From: Geopsychrobacteraceae bacterium
GTDB taxonomy: Bacteria > Desulfobacterota > Desulfuromonadia > Desulfuromonadales > Geopsychrobacteraceae
Assembly: GCA_963678035.1 (NCBI GenBank)
Contig: OY782666.1
Coordinates: forward strand, 950,419 to 1,014,418
DNA length: 64,000 nucleotides
Reading direction: 5' to 3'
A program made the translations under genes and the position numbers. Below are positions 34,631 to 44,662 of the stretch, piece by piece. Positions within the stretch are counted from its first letter, which is position 1; every line of letters begins with the position of its first letter. The notes under the pieces were generated by a model. The model ran no database searches, was not told where the DNA came from, and worked only from the letters and a program-made list of their open reading frames with translations.

Positions 34631-36814
34631 TCAAGCGTCTGGTAAAATGTCGAGAAAATGATAATGCCGCATGCCTTCAAGCACACCATCAGCGTAGGTT
34701 GCAGTCGCGAAATAGATGGCATGTTTTCCTCTCAGTCGTCTGAGTTCTTTGCTGTAGTTGCCGACCACAACCCCGAGGGTGTTGCCGTTGAGCATTTCTT
34801 CATCGTTGCCGGAATCGCCGGCAACCAGGATGTCTTCATATTCATAACCCCAACTCATTGCCAGATATCTGACCGCATGTCCCTTGGAGGCTCTGATCGG
34901 CAGGACATCAAGATACTGGCCATGAGACATGATGAGCTTGGCGTGAACGTTATTGTTGCGCAGAATTCGCCGCATCTCCCCGGCTTTAAGTGCTTTGGCA
35001 GGGTCATAGAAATAACTGATTTTAAACTGCCGCTGTTCCCGCTTTTCCTGCAGCACCAGGCCTGGCAAGTTATCGAGCAGGCTGCGGACTTTGTCCGGTT
35101 CCCATTGATAAGAGATGTGGTTGGCCCAGTTTCGGTCCAGACGTGGTTCTTTGCCTTTGTAATGAATCTCGGTCCCTACGGCAGAAATATAGATGTCCGG
35201 CTCCGGGATATTCCATTCTTTGAGGATTGCCCTGGCGCTTTCAACCCGCCTGCCGGTGGCGACGGCAAAACCGAGCTGACCCTGACTGGCGCGCAGAACC
35301 TCGGCTATTCTGGCTGCCGCATCCCGATCCCCAAGCAAGGTGTTGTCGATATCGCTGACCAAGAGCTTTTTGGCCACAGGGATCACTGTTTTTCTGGCTG
35401 CAAACAGCTTGTTGACTGTGCGCTGCCGGAGTTTTTTATTCAGATTGCTGAGATATTTACGAACATGGCCGTCCCATGAATAGTGCTTTTTGACCCCTTT
35501 CAGGCCGTTGGCCGCATAAGTCCGCCAAGTGTCCCGGGTGGCGAGAATTTTAGCCAGTGCCGCGGAGATTTGCTCTTCATCCAACGGATCGATGAGAATC
35601 CCGTTATGACAATTATCGATGATGTCCCGAGGACCGCCATCGTTGGTGGCAACAATGGGTAAACCGCTGCCGGCCGCTTCTATCAGGGTCAGTCCGAAAG
35701 GTTCGGTCAGCGCCGGATTGATAAAGACTCCGTGAAATCTGGCCGCGAGTCGATACAACTCAGGAATGTCGTCGGGACTGTGCTGTTTTGGGTAACAGAC
35801 CTTGCCGTACAAGTCGAATTTATCAATTCCCAGCAGCAGGTCTTCAAGAACCCGTCTGGTTCCTTTGTCCATGTGCCGGATATCGTCCCGATTCCCGGCA
35901 ATAATGATCAGGTTGGCCAGCTCCTGTAGCTGCTGACTGGTTCCATAAGCGTTAAGCAGGGAGATAATGTTTTTGCGCTCATCGGCGCGGGAAATGGCGA
36001 GGATACAGGGTTTGGTCGGTTCGCTCAGAAATCTTTTTAAGTAATTGATCGCTGCCGGATAACGACCTCGGCGGCTGGGCGGGTAGAACCTGTCCAGGTC
36101 AACTCCGGGGGGAATAACCCGCATCTGACCGGGCCGATAGTTTTCATAGTTGGCATACTGTTGGCTGGTTTCCTGCTGAGTACTGGCAATGACCATAATG
36201 GCGTTATCGAGAGCGACTTCTTCGGCCTCAATGCGTTTGGCCATATTGTAACGTTTTTCGATGGTCTCTTCGGTCAACCCGTTCTCAAGCAGGCGGCGCT
36301 TCTTCTCGCGACCGAGGGAGTGGCCGGTAAAGATAAGGGGGACTCCGAGAATATTGGACAGATTGGCACCAACCAGGCCGGCGTCTGCATAGTGAGCATG
36401 GAGCAGATCCGGAACGGCCCGCATTTTCCTGAAATGCTTGATGGCGTTATCGGAAAAAATATCCAAGTACGGCCACAGGCTTTCTTTTTTGATATAGCGA
36501 CGTGGCCCGCACGGTAAGCGGATGATATGCACGTTGTCGCCGAGAGGTTCAGAATCAACGGAATAATCCGCCGCGACCCGCTCGTCGACAATCTTACGGG
36601 TGAACAGCTCGACCCGTTCGACATCCTTGTGCTGCCCCAGGGCTCTGGCCAGTTCAACCACATATTTGGTTTGTCCTCCGGTGTCCGCGTCGCGTCCCAG
36701 TTCCAGATCATTCCCGCGGATCAGGCCGTGAATACTGATTAATACAATGTATAATCCCTTATCTTTCTGCACCTGCTTCCCATCCTGCGGAGATTGTTTG
36801 GTAGAGAGCTTCAT
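34631..36814 (-). CDS. sps: Sucrose-phosphate synthase fused to a sucrose-phosphate-phosphatase (HAD) domain
   Basis: GT domain: LYIVLISIHGLIRGNDLELGRDADTGGQTKYVVELARAL, INPALTEPFGLTLIEAA. C-terminal HAD domain: SDIDNTL, ATGR, ASKG, GDSGND. Start uncertain (ATG 36814 or GTG 36772); both overlap the fructokinase 3' end. Confidence 0.9.
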   Translation of the reverse strand: MKLSTKQSPQDGKQVQKDKGLYIVLISIHGLIRGNDLELGRDADTGGQTKYVVELARALGQHKDVERVELFTRKIVDERVAADYSVDSEPLGDNVHIIRLPCGPRRYIKKESLWPYLDIFSDNAIKHFRKMRAVPDLLHAHYADAGLVGANLSNILGVPLIFTGHSLGREKKRRLLENGLTEETIEKRYNMAKRIEAEEVALDNAIMVIASTQQETSQQYANYENYRPGQMRVIPPGVDLDRFYPPSRRGRYPAAINYLKRFLSEPTKPCILAISRADERKNIISLLNAYGTSQQLQELANLIIIAGNRDDIRHMDKGTRRVLEDLLLGIDKFDLYGKVCYPKQHSPDDIPELYRLAARFHGVFINPALTEPFGLTLIEAAGSGLPIVATNDGGPRDIIDNCHNGILIDPLDEEQISAALAKILATRDTWRTYAANGLKGVKKHYSWDGHVRKYLSNLNKKLRQRTVNKLFAARKTVIPVAKKLLVSDIDNTLLGDRDAAARIAEVLRASQGQLGFAVATGRRVESARAILKEWNIPEPDIYISAVGTEIHYKGKEPRLDRNWANHISYQWEPDKVRSLLDNLPGLVLQEKREQRQFKISYFYDPAKALKAGEMRRILRNNNVHAKLIMSHGQYLDVLPIRASKGHAVRYLAMSWGYEYEDILVAGDSGNDEEMLNGNTLGVVVGNYSKELRRLRGKHAIYFATATYADGVLEGMRHYHFLDILPDA

Positions 36815-37670
36815 CTCTGGGTAATGCGCCGCGCTCTCCGCAAATCGCGGCAGCAAAGGCCGCTGCCCTTGCCAGGCTTAATTTCATCGGCCAGCCATTC
36901 AGTAAACCGAGGATACAAACTGAGGTAAAGGCATCGCCGGCCCCGACACTGTCTTTGAACGTCTGGTGTTTCAGTGCCGCTTGATAATTCACAGCACCAT
37001 CTTGCCAGCAGTAGCTGCCGTTTTCGCCGTCGGTCACAAAGATTGCCTTCAGTTGGTAGCGCTCGGCGACGGTTTGAACTGCCGCTGTGAGTGAGGACAT
37101 TTCAATGGCGGAAAAGGCGGCAACTTCTTGCAGTTCATCAAGGCTCATTTTGGCCCAGGTTGCGCTCTGCAATGTTGCTTGAACGATTTCCGGCTGCCAC
37201 CAGGGTGGGCGCAAATTCAGGTCGACAAAGATCGGGCTTTGCAACTCGGCGGTGATTTTAGCAAGGGTGCTGCGGTTGTTTTCTTCGCGCAGGGCCAGGG
37301 TTCCATGGTAAATCAGGTTGAACGCAGTGTTTTGGTCTCCTTTGCATGAGACCGGTTGGATATGGTCGTAGGCCTGATTTTCCCTGATGGTATAGCTCGG
37401 CTGACCATTTAGTTCCGTGACCTGAACCTGACCGGTCTCATGGTCCGGGTCACGCTGGATCGCGGAGGTATCGAGCTGCCAGTGCCTCATCCGAGCCAGG
37501 ATCTGCTGACCCAGTTCGTCCATGCCAATGCGGCTGATGAACAGAGGTTCTAATCCGAAACCTTTGAGATGGCGGACGACGTTGAACGGAGCTCCGCCGA
37601 TGACGGATTTATCGGCAAAAATATCAAAAAGAACCTCCCCGAAAAGGAGAGGGCGGTTTAGACGTTGCAT
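36759..37670 (-). CDS. PfkB-family sugar kinase, probable fructokinase
   Basis: LLFGEVLFDIF...GGAPFNV N-terminal motif and C-terminal GAGDAF anion-hole motif. Located within the sucrose cluster. Confidence 0.8.
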   Translation of the reverse strand: MQRLNRPLLFGEVLFDIFADKSVIGGAPFNVVRHLKGFGLEPLFISRIGMDELGQQILARMRHWQLDTSAIQRDPDHETGQVQVTELNGQPSYTIRENQAYDHIQPVSCKGDQNTAFNLIYHGTLALREENNRSTLAKITAELQSPIFVDLNLRPPWWQPEIVQATLQSATWAKMSLDELQEVAAFSAIEMSSLTAAVQTVAERYQLKAIFVTDGENGSYCWQDGAVNYQAALKHQTFKDSVGAGDAFTSVCILGLLNGWPMKLSLARAAAFAAAICGERGALPRDEALYQTISAGWEAGAER

Positions 37671-37919
37671 AAGTAAAATTCTATAGTTTTGATCATTCAG
37701 GTTAAAAAAAGTATAACAGGTCAGATGGTCTTTTCAAATTTTACGACCCTGTTGACCGGGCGCAGTCGGTTTGAACGGGCCGTTTTTTGAAGAACTGGCA
37801 AAGATGCTCTACAATGGATTGTGGACAGAGTCTTTGTATTGAGCGAAAGTGGCGGTTTGTTCCCGTCGGCTGACAAATGGTCCTTCCGGCTTTCTGATAT
37901 TCTGCTGAAATGAGTCCCC

Positions 37920-39662
37920 ATGATCCGTTTTCTGCTCTTCTTGGTGTTTTTCCACATGGTGGCTTCCGTGGCCTGCGCCGAGAGTCTGCGCATGGAGATT
38001 GACGGGGTCGATAAGGAACTCAAATCCATTCTTGCCACCGGGCTGGTCTTGCCGCCGGGGATCGTAAAGAACGACCAGGTCAACCAAAATTGGCTGAACC
38101 GTTATCAACAGCGCCTGCCGCAAAAAGTGAAAGATATTCTTGAGCCCTACGGGTATTTTTATCCGCAGATCAACAGTTCCGTCAGCCGGCATGCCGAAGA
38201 GTTCGTATTAACTATAGCCGTGGCTGCCGGGGAGCCATTGCGCGTGACCAGTTTGGATGTCAAGCTGAGTGGCCCAGGAGAAACCGATAGCGGTCTGCAG
38301 CAAGCTGTGTCAGCTTTTCCCCTGCGGGTTGGCGATATTCTACTACAGCGCAGCTATGAGCAAGGGAAGAGCTCCTTGCAGCAGGAAGCTTTAGATCGTG
38401 GATTTCTTGATGCTGACTACAGCGCACATGAAATCCGTGTCAGTCTTGAAAAAAGGACTGCGGCCATTGTTTTGACCTTGAACACCGGGGCCAGATACCG
38501 TTTCGGGGAAACCCGGTTTTCCGGTGAGGAGAGTTACCCGGACAAATTTCTGCGCCGCTTTCTCAGCTACAAACAGGGGGAAAAATTTAGTTATCGACTG
38601 TTAAATCAGAGTCAGTTGAATTTTATCAATGCGGATCTTTTTGAAACTGCTGCGGTCAGGCCTCTGCTGGGAGAAAAGAAGGATCAGGCCGTCCCCGTTC
38701 TGGTCGAGCTGGATCCGATGCCACGCCATCAGTTACGTCCGGGGATCGGTTATGGCACAGATACTGGTGGGCGCCTTTCGCTCCGCTATCGGAATTTAAA
38801 CCTGCTGCACCGGGGCCACGAATTTAAGGGAAATATCCTGCTTGCCGAACGCCAACAGTCCTTACTGTCGACCTATATTATTCCGGATCCCCGGCGCATC
38901 GACAGTCAGCTTCTGCTCCATGCCGGTATCAACCGGGAAGATACCGACAGTTATCTCAGCCGGGAACTGTTTGGCGAAATCGAATACCAGAGGGCCTTGT
39001 CCAAACGGCTGAGCGGATCACTGTTTCTTCGTTACAGCTCGGAATTTTCACGTATTTCAGGCGAAGAGGACGGTTCCGAACTGTTGCTGCCCGGGATCAG
39101 GCTGGCATGGACCGCAGTGGATGACCCTTTGCGGGGCCGCCGGGGATTCCAGGCCAAGCTGACCCTGCAGGGGAGCCAACAGAGTGCAGTGTCCGACACC
39201 AGCCTGGTTCAGCTCATCGGCCAGGTGACCGGCTTACAACCGCTTTCCGAAAACTTCAGTTTATTGGTCCGCTTGCAAGGGGGAACCACCTGTCTCGACG
39301 ACCCCTTCGATACCTTGCCGGCTTCACTACGGTTTTTTGCCGGTGGCGACAAAACCGTGCGCGGTTATGCCTATCAATCTTTGGGTCCGAAGGATGAGGA
39401 TGGCAATGTTGTTGGCGGCCAGCATATGCTGGCCGCATCAATGGAACTGGAACGGCGCTTTTTCAAAGATTACGGGGTGGCCGTGTTCTATGATATCGGC
39501 AATGCCTTTAATTCTTTCAATGATTATGAATTGAAACAGGGGGCCGGGATCGGGCTGCGTTATTATACCCGGATCGGTGCACTACGGCTTGATCTGGCGC
39601 GCCAGATTGGGGAACCAAAGAATAAATACCGGGTTCATTTCAGTGTGGGGATCGGATGGTAA
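37920..39662 (+). CDS. tamA: Omp85-family outer-membrane protein TamA (POTRA domains plus beta-barrel)
   Basis: Signal peptide, POTRA-like repeats, barrel motif RFFAGGDKTVRGYAYQSLGP, and a C-terminal aromatic residue (...SVGIGW). Followed by tamB. Confidence 0.85.
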   Translation: MIRFLLFLVFFHMVASVACAESLRMEIDGVDKELKSILATGLVLPPGIVKNDQVNQNWLNRYQQRLPQKVKDILEPYGYFYPQINSSVSRHAEEFVLTIAVAAGEPLRVTSLDVKLSGPGETDSGLQQAVSAFPLRVGDILLQRSYEQGKSSLQQEALDRGFLDADYSAHEIRVSLEKRTAAIVLTLNTGARYRFGETRFSGEESYPDKFLRRFLSYKQGEKFSYRLLNQSQLNFINADLFETAAVRPLLGEKKDQAVPVLVELDPMPRHQLRPGIGYGTDTGGRLSLRYRNLNLLHRGHEFKGNILLAERQQSLLSTYIIPDPRRIDSQLLLHAGINREDTDSYLSRELFGEIEYQRALSKRLSGSLFLRYSSEFSRISGEEDGSELLLPGIRLAWTAVDDPLRGRRGFQAKLTLQGSQQSAVSDTSLVQLIGQVTGLQPLSENFSLLVRLQGGTTCLDDPFDTLPASLRFFAGGDKTVRGYAYQSLGPKDEDGNVVGGQHMLAASMELERRFFKDYGVAVFYDIGNAFNSFNDYELKQGAGIGLRYYTRIGALRLDLARQIGEPKNKYRVHFSVGIGW

Positions 39663-42600
39663 GGCTCAGTGTCATTCTGGCAGGCCTGATCCTGGTGATT
39701 ACGGCAATGATTGCCGGCTGCGGCTGGCTGTTCAATTCCACTGCCGGGACCCGTTGGCTGGTGGAACATGCCCTGGCCTGGAGCGGGCAGGATATAACTG
39801 CTGGCCGTATTGACGGAACATTGCTGGGCTCGCTGGAACTCGGCGAGGTGAGGGTCAATTCTGGTACGGAACAGATCTTTATCGATCGGCTGAGTGCTGA
39901 TAGCCGTTTGATCACGCTCTGGCCGCTGCATATTCGGATTGCGACCCTGGAACTCGGGGAAATTCGGTTGGTGGCAACGGAGGCCGCTTCGGATACTGAA
40001 GCGAGCCCGGATATCAACCTGCCGAGCTGGCCATTAGCTCCCGGATTTATCGATTTTCTTGATCTGGAGATCGACCGGCTGGTGGTTCACAGGGTCGTGC
40101 GTATGCAAAGCGGTGGGACGAACCTGCTCTGTGAGAATATTCAAACCCGGATTCGGCTGCAAAACGCTCAATTACAGGTTGACCAACTCAGCCTGCAAAC
40201 GCCGCCCGCGACTCTGACCGGCTCTGCGCAGCTCAACCTGATACAACCCGGCCTGAAAACAGACCTTTCCGCCGTTGCCCGCCCGCCCATATCAGCCTGG
40301 CAGCATGTCCGCATGGAGGGGAGTTTGAAGGCGGTAAAATCCGGTGCGAAGCTGAGCGGACCGGTGGTAGTGCATTTAACCGAGAAGGGCGGGGTCGAAA
40401 CCCGAGCCAATGGAACGCTGACCCTGGCTTCGCAAACCCTGACTCTTCGTGACCTGACTGTTCAACGTTCCGACCGCCAGGGGGAGCTCGGCGGCTCGGT
40501 TCGCCTGTCAACAAAAGGTCCGGCTCCGCAGATTCAAGGTCATTTGCTGCTTGAACAGGTTGATCTCGAACCTGAAACCGGGCGCCCCCTTAAGTTGTCC
40601 GGAGAAGTGCTGGCCGAGGGGAATATCGATTCCTATAACGGCCACTTTAACCTGAATAGCTCAGGTCCGGGAGTTTATTCGGCCAAGCTGAAGGGGCGCT
40701 TCCAAGGGGCCAAGCACGATATGACTGTATTCAACCTGGATGGCTCGGTACTGAACGGGCAGGTTGCTGGAACGTTGAGCGCTGCCTGGGACAATGGTTT
40801 GCAACTGCAGTCCACCCTGACCGGAACCACACTGGATCCGGAACCGCTGTGGTCGCAATTAAGTGGACAACTTAATGTCACAGCCATCGCCGAGTATACT
40901 CACAGACCCGGTCAACAACAGCAGGGGCAACTCGAGATCAAGCTGGCAGAATCAACATTGCAGCAAAAGACCCTGCAAGGTCAGGCCAAGGTTTTCCTGC
41001 ACAACGAGGAAATTATGCTGGATACCTTGCAACTGCATGGCGAAGGCGTCTCCATTTCCGCTACGGGCAACCCGGCCGAACGTCTACAGGTCGCGGCCAC
41101 GGTCGCGGATCTGGCCGCAATCAGCAAAGATGCCGGCGGCCAGTTGACCGCAGCGGGCTGGGTTCAGCTCCAAACGCACCTCGCTGCTGACCTGACCGTG
41201 CAGGGGGAAAACCTCTCTTTTCAGGACTGGGCACTCAAAAAACTGGCCATGTCCGGACAAATTACAGAACAGAGCAGCGCGCTTAAGGTTACTGGCAAGC
41301 TGACCTCGCTGTCAGCACAGGGGGGAGCGCAAAGTCTTTTTGATGAGGCTCAGGTTCAGGTCAGCGGCACGCTCAACGATCATGCCATTGCCGTGCGGGC
41401 GCAGCGGCAGGATAGCCTTCTGGCGTTCACGGCTGCTGGGCGCTGGGATAATCAGCAGTGGCTTGGAGTGCTGCACACTATTCATATGTCCGAACCGCAC
41501 TTGGGCGAGTGGGATTTGCGCAGCCCCGCCACGGTAACAGTTTCGCCGCAGCAGGTGCAGGTCGGCGCCATTTCTTTGCGGGGGGACGGCGGGCAGAGCC
41601 TGCAGGTTGAGGGTCATTATTCCCAAGGTGAGCAAGATTCTGCAGTGAACCTGTCCTGGCAGAATCTCGACCTTGCACCGTTGGAGTTCTGGCTTCCCGA
41701 ATGGGCTGTTTCCGGCCACAGTAGTGGGCAGTTACGTGGCCAACAGGGCGCGAACAACAGCCTGCAAGGGGAGCTGAGCTTGACGGCCGAAGTGGAGCGG
41801 GAGGACGTGAAGTTGACGGTCCAACAAGGGGGAGGCGAGGTTCATTGGGATGGGAGTACCATCAGCGGCAACATCGAGCTAGACCTGACTGAAATGGGAA
41901 CAGTGCAGGGCCGGGTCAGCGGTGAGTGGAAGGATTTGCGGAGTCTGCCCAGTCAGTTGCAGGCCACCCTGAGTGCCCAGCATATGCCACTTGCTACGGC
42001 TGATGCCTGGTTGCCGCCGCACACCACCCTGACCGGAAACTTCGGCTGGGATCTGGAAACCGCCTGGACTCCGGCTGCGGGACTGACCGGAACTGGCACC
42101 TTCCATGCCGAGGATGGCCAATTGACCTGGCCGGTACTGGATGAAACCATCAGTACCAGGCTGGACTCCATTGCCGTTACCTGGGCACTGAGTGATGTTT
42201 TTTCCCTGAATCTCACCGCTGATCTTGGCGAAACCGGACAACTGTCCGCCCAGGCCCGGTTCCCTCTCAAACTGACCATGCCGCCGGCTTTCGATCGCAG
42301 CGCGCCCTGGGATGTTGCTATAAAAGGGGATTTTCGAGATCAGGGGCTGGTTGAAATGCTCGCCGGAGATTGGGTGCAGGAGACTGCCGGGATCATTTCT
42401 CTCGATTATCACCTGAGCGGAAGCTATGCGAAACCGTTGATGAAGGGCAGTTTTCAACTTAGGGAGGGGGGCGCATTCATTCCACGGCTCGGGATCAAGG
42501 TCAATCGTATCGAACTGACCGGACTGTTCGATGCCGAACGGATCTCCATCACCGGCTTGTCGGCCGAGGCAGGGGAGGGAAAGCTGACCGGGGACGGCTA

Positions 42601-43579
42601 TTTGACCTTGAATAACTGGCGGCTCCAGGCTTATCATTTCAATTTAACGGGTCAGCGGTTCCAGTTGTTCAACCTTCCCGAGCTGCAGGTCGCTATTAAT
42701 CCGGATCTTGAAATTTCCGGAACCGAACAACAGCTAAAAATTCGGGGAGAGGTTCTTTTCCCCGATGTTCTGGTGCGTGAGAGCGGCAACAAGGAACTGG
42801 CCAGGAACAGCCCGGATCTAATCATTGTCGATCGACAACAGAAACCTTCCACAACACTGCCACTGACTCAGGATATCGATGTAAAACTGGTGGTCGGTGA
42901 GCGTGTCCTGGTCGATTTTGGCGGGATTGAAGCCAAACTCGATGGGGAAATTCGGCTGACCTCCACTGCGGACAACGATTATGCGGCGACGGGGAAAATC
43001 GCCATCAGCAAAGGTAAATTCTCCAGCTACGGGGTCAGTCTGGATATCAACCGCGGGGATCTGTATTTTGCCGGTGGTCCTCTGCAACGGCCGATTCTGG
43101 ATATTCTGGCATTGCGCACCATCGGTGAAGTAAAAGCCGGGGTTAAGGTGAGCGGTACTGCTCAGAATCCGGTTGTCACCCTTTATTCTGAACCTTCCAT
43201 GGCGGATACGGATATCCTTTCCTATATGGTTCTCGGGCGACCAGTGGATTCGAGTAGCGGCGGCGATTCCAACTTGCTGATGACTGCTGCCGGAGCGCTG
43301 TTGTCGCAAGGTGAATCCGTGGTCCTGCAAGAAAAACTGAAAGGGGTGCTTGGCCTCGATGTTCTGACCTTTAATGCCGGTAACGGCAATCTGAAGGATT
43401 CCGTTCTGACCACCGGTAAATACCTAAGCCCGGATCTCTATGTGAGTCTTGGCTACTCAGTGTTCAAAAATACCAATGAATTTACTCTCCGTTATCATTT
43501 AACGCCCAAGTGGGAGGTTGAATCGAATATCGGCGAGCAAAGCGGGGTCGATCTCTTCTATCGAATCGAGATCGAATAG
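39656..43579 (+). CDS. tamB: Translocation and assembly module protein TamB (DUF490)
   Basis: 1307 aa with an N-terminal membrane anchor, long beta-rich repeats, and a C-terminal DUF490-like region (...LTTGKYLSPDLYVSLGYSVF...LRYHLTPKWEVES). Overlaps tamA by 7 nt. Confidence 0.85.
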   Translation: MVRLSVILAGLILVITAMIAGCGWLFNSTAGTRWLVEHALAWSGQDITAGRIDGTLLGSLELGEVRVNSGTEQIFIDRLSADSRLITLWPLHIRIATLELGEIRLVATEAASDTEASPDINLPSWPLAPGFIDFLDLEIDRLVVHRVVRMQSGGTNLLCENIQTRIRLQNAQLQVDQLSLQTPPATLTGSAQLNLIQPGLKTDLSAVARPPISAWQHVRMEGSLKAVKSGAKLSGPVVVHLTEKGGVETRANGTLTLASQTLTLRDLTVQRSDRQGELGGSVRLSTKGPAPQIQGHLLLEQVDLEPETGRPLKLSGEVLAEGNIDSYNGHFNLNSSGPGVYSAKLKGRFQGAKHDMTVFNLDGSVLNGQVAGTLSAAWDNGLQLQSTLTGTTLDPEPLWSQLSGQLNVTAIAEYTHRPGQQQQGQLEIKLAESTLQQKTLQGQAKVFLHNEEIMLDTLQLHGEGVSISATGNPAERLQVAATVADLAAISKDAGGQLTAAGWVQLQTHLAADLTVQGENLSFQDWALKKLAMSGQITEQSSALKVTGKLTSLSAQGGAQSLFDEAQVQVSGTLNDHAIAVRAQRQDSLLAFTAAGRWDNQQWLGVLHTIHMSEPHLGEWDLRSPATVTVSPQQVQVGAISLRGDGGQSLQVEGHYSQGEQDSAVNLSWQNLDLAPLEFWLPEWAVSGHSSGQLRGQQGANNSLQGELSLTAEVEREDVKLTVQQGGGEVHWDGSTISGNIELDLTEMGTVQGRVSGEWKDLRSLPSQLQATLSAQHMPLATADAWLPPHTTLTGNFGWDLETAWTPAAGLTGTGTFHAEDGQLTWPVLDETISTRLDSIAVTWALSDVFSLNLTADLGETGQLSAQARFPLKLTMPPAFDRSAPWDVAIKGDFRDQGLVEMLAGDWVQETAGIISLDYHLSGSYAKPLMKGSFQLREGGAFIPRLGIKVNRIELTGLFDAERISITGLSAEAGEGKLTGDGYLTLNNWRLQAYHFNLTGQRFQLFNLPELQVAINPDLEISGTEQQLKIRGEVLFPDVLVRESGNKELARNSPDLIIVDRQQKPSTTLPLTQDIDVKLVVGERVLVDFGGIEAKLDGEIRLTSTADNDYAATGKIAISKGKFSSYGVSLDINRGDLYFAGGPLQRPILDILALRTIGEVKAGVKVSGTAQNPVVTLYSEPSMADTDILSYMVLGRPVDSSSGGDSNLLMTAAGALLSQGESVVLQEKLKGVLGLDVLTFNAGNGNLKDSVLTTGKYLSPDLYVSLGYSVFKNTNEFTLRYHLTPKWEVESNIGEQSGVDLFYRIEIE

Positions 43580-43623
43580 TCCCGTTTCTCCAAACCACGC
43601 TCTGACCCGAAGGAGAATCCGTC

Positions 43624-44403
43624 ATGCAACAACCATCACTCACCCCTGAGCATTGTGCAGAACTCTTGCAGGGTGCCAAAGCCATTGTCGCCCTGACCGG
43701 GGCAGGTATCTCCACTGCCGCCGGAATCCCTGATTTCCGTGGACCTAAAGGGCTTTATGTCACTCGCCGCTACGACCCGACGAAGGTTTTCGAAATCGAT
43801 TCTTTTCAACGTCAACCGCAGTATTTTTATGAATTCTCACGTGACTTCGTTGCAACCGCCAATACTATCCAACCGACCTTTACCCATAATTTTCTGGCCC
43901 GGCTGGAACAGGATCAACGGCTTGCCAGCGTCGTCACCCAGAATATCGACCTACTCCATCATCAGGCCGGAAACAAGAAGATCATCGAACTGCACGGCTC
44001 TTACAGCAGTGCTACCTGCCAGGCTTGTGGGCAGCATTTTCAAAATCTCAGCTATGGGTGGTGGCAGGGGCTGATGGCGGAGAGCTCAACTCCGCCGGTC
44101 GCCCGGTGCCCAGACTGTTGCGGTGTCCTGAAACCGGATATCGTATTTTTCGGAGAGATGGTGCACAAGTTTGCTGCTGCTGAGGAACTGGTGGCCGAGT
44201 GCGATCTACTGTTGGTGCTCGGCTCCTCCCTGCAGGTGTCGCCGGCCTCCCATTTACCGTACCTGACAACTGCGCCGACGATTATTGTCAGCCAGGGAGA
44301 AGTGATGTTGCCGGCTGCGGAGCAGCGCTTTTTTGTCGATGCCGATCTGGATCGCTATTTCATGGAGGTGGCGAAATATCTGCCGGAGGTTACAGATTGT
44401 TGA
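43624..44403 (+). CDS. cobB: NAD-dependent protein deacylase, Sir2 family
   Basis: GAGISTAAGIPDFRGPKG, QNIDLLH, ELHGS, and Zn-ribbon cysteines CQAC...CPDCC. Confidence 0.9.
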   Translation: MQQPSLTPEHCAELLQGAKAIVALTGAGISTAAGIPDFRGPKGLYVTRRYDPTKVFEIDSFQRQPQYFYEFSRDFVATANTIQPTFTHNFLARLEQDQRLASVVTQNIDLLHHQAGNKKIIELHGSYSSATCQACGQHFQNLSYGWWQGLMAESSTPPVARCPDCCGVLKPDIVFFGEMVHKFAAAEELVAECDLLLVLGSSLQVSPASHLPYLTTAPTIIVSQGEVMLPAAEQRFFVDADLDRYFMEVAKYLPEVTDC

Positions 44404-44630
44404 ACAGGGTCTGGCCGATTTAGCAAATTCGGTCGGGATAAATAGTTTCTGTCTGGAAACCGCCCTTTTCCGCAATCTCGGCGTCAATCTACGCATTTGA
44501 TTGTGCGGCGTAAAGCACTACACCTCCGCACAAATGCTTGATTTCCTTGATCTTGCGAAAAATTTTTGGTTTCCAGATCAGAAACGTTACAGTACCCCAC
44601 CGGAGTTTCCGGATGGAAACTAAATAGTGA

Positions 44631-44662
44631 AAGGCCCGCTGAGCATGTTGCCTGCGGGCCTT
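44631..44662. terminator. GC-rich stem-loop in a 520-nt gene-free gap
   Basis: aaggcccgc-(14 nt)-gcgggcctt with T-containing flanks on both strands (ctgtttgt on +, tcactattt on -). Confidence 0.45.

Noticed and set aside
37920-43579. tamA-tamB as a novel secretion-type system.
   Set aside because: This is the standard TamA (POTRA plus Omp85 barrel) and TamB (DUF490) pair with the usual overlapping gene arrangement. Nothing is atypical beyond its size.
43624-44403. Sir2-domain protein as a possible anti-phage defence effector (Thoeris/DSR-like).
   Set aside because: It has the compact architecture of a housekeeping CobB/sirtuin deacylase, with an intact Zn ribbon and GAGIS/QNID/HG motifs. 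It has no partner sensor gene, no N- or C-terminal extra domains, and no island context.
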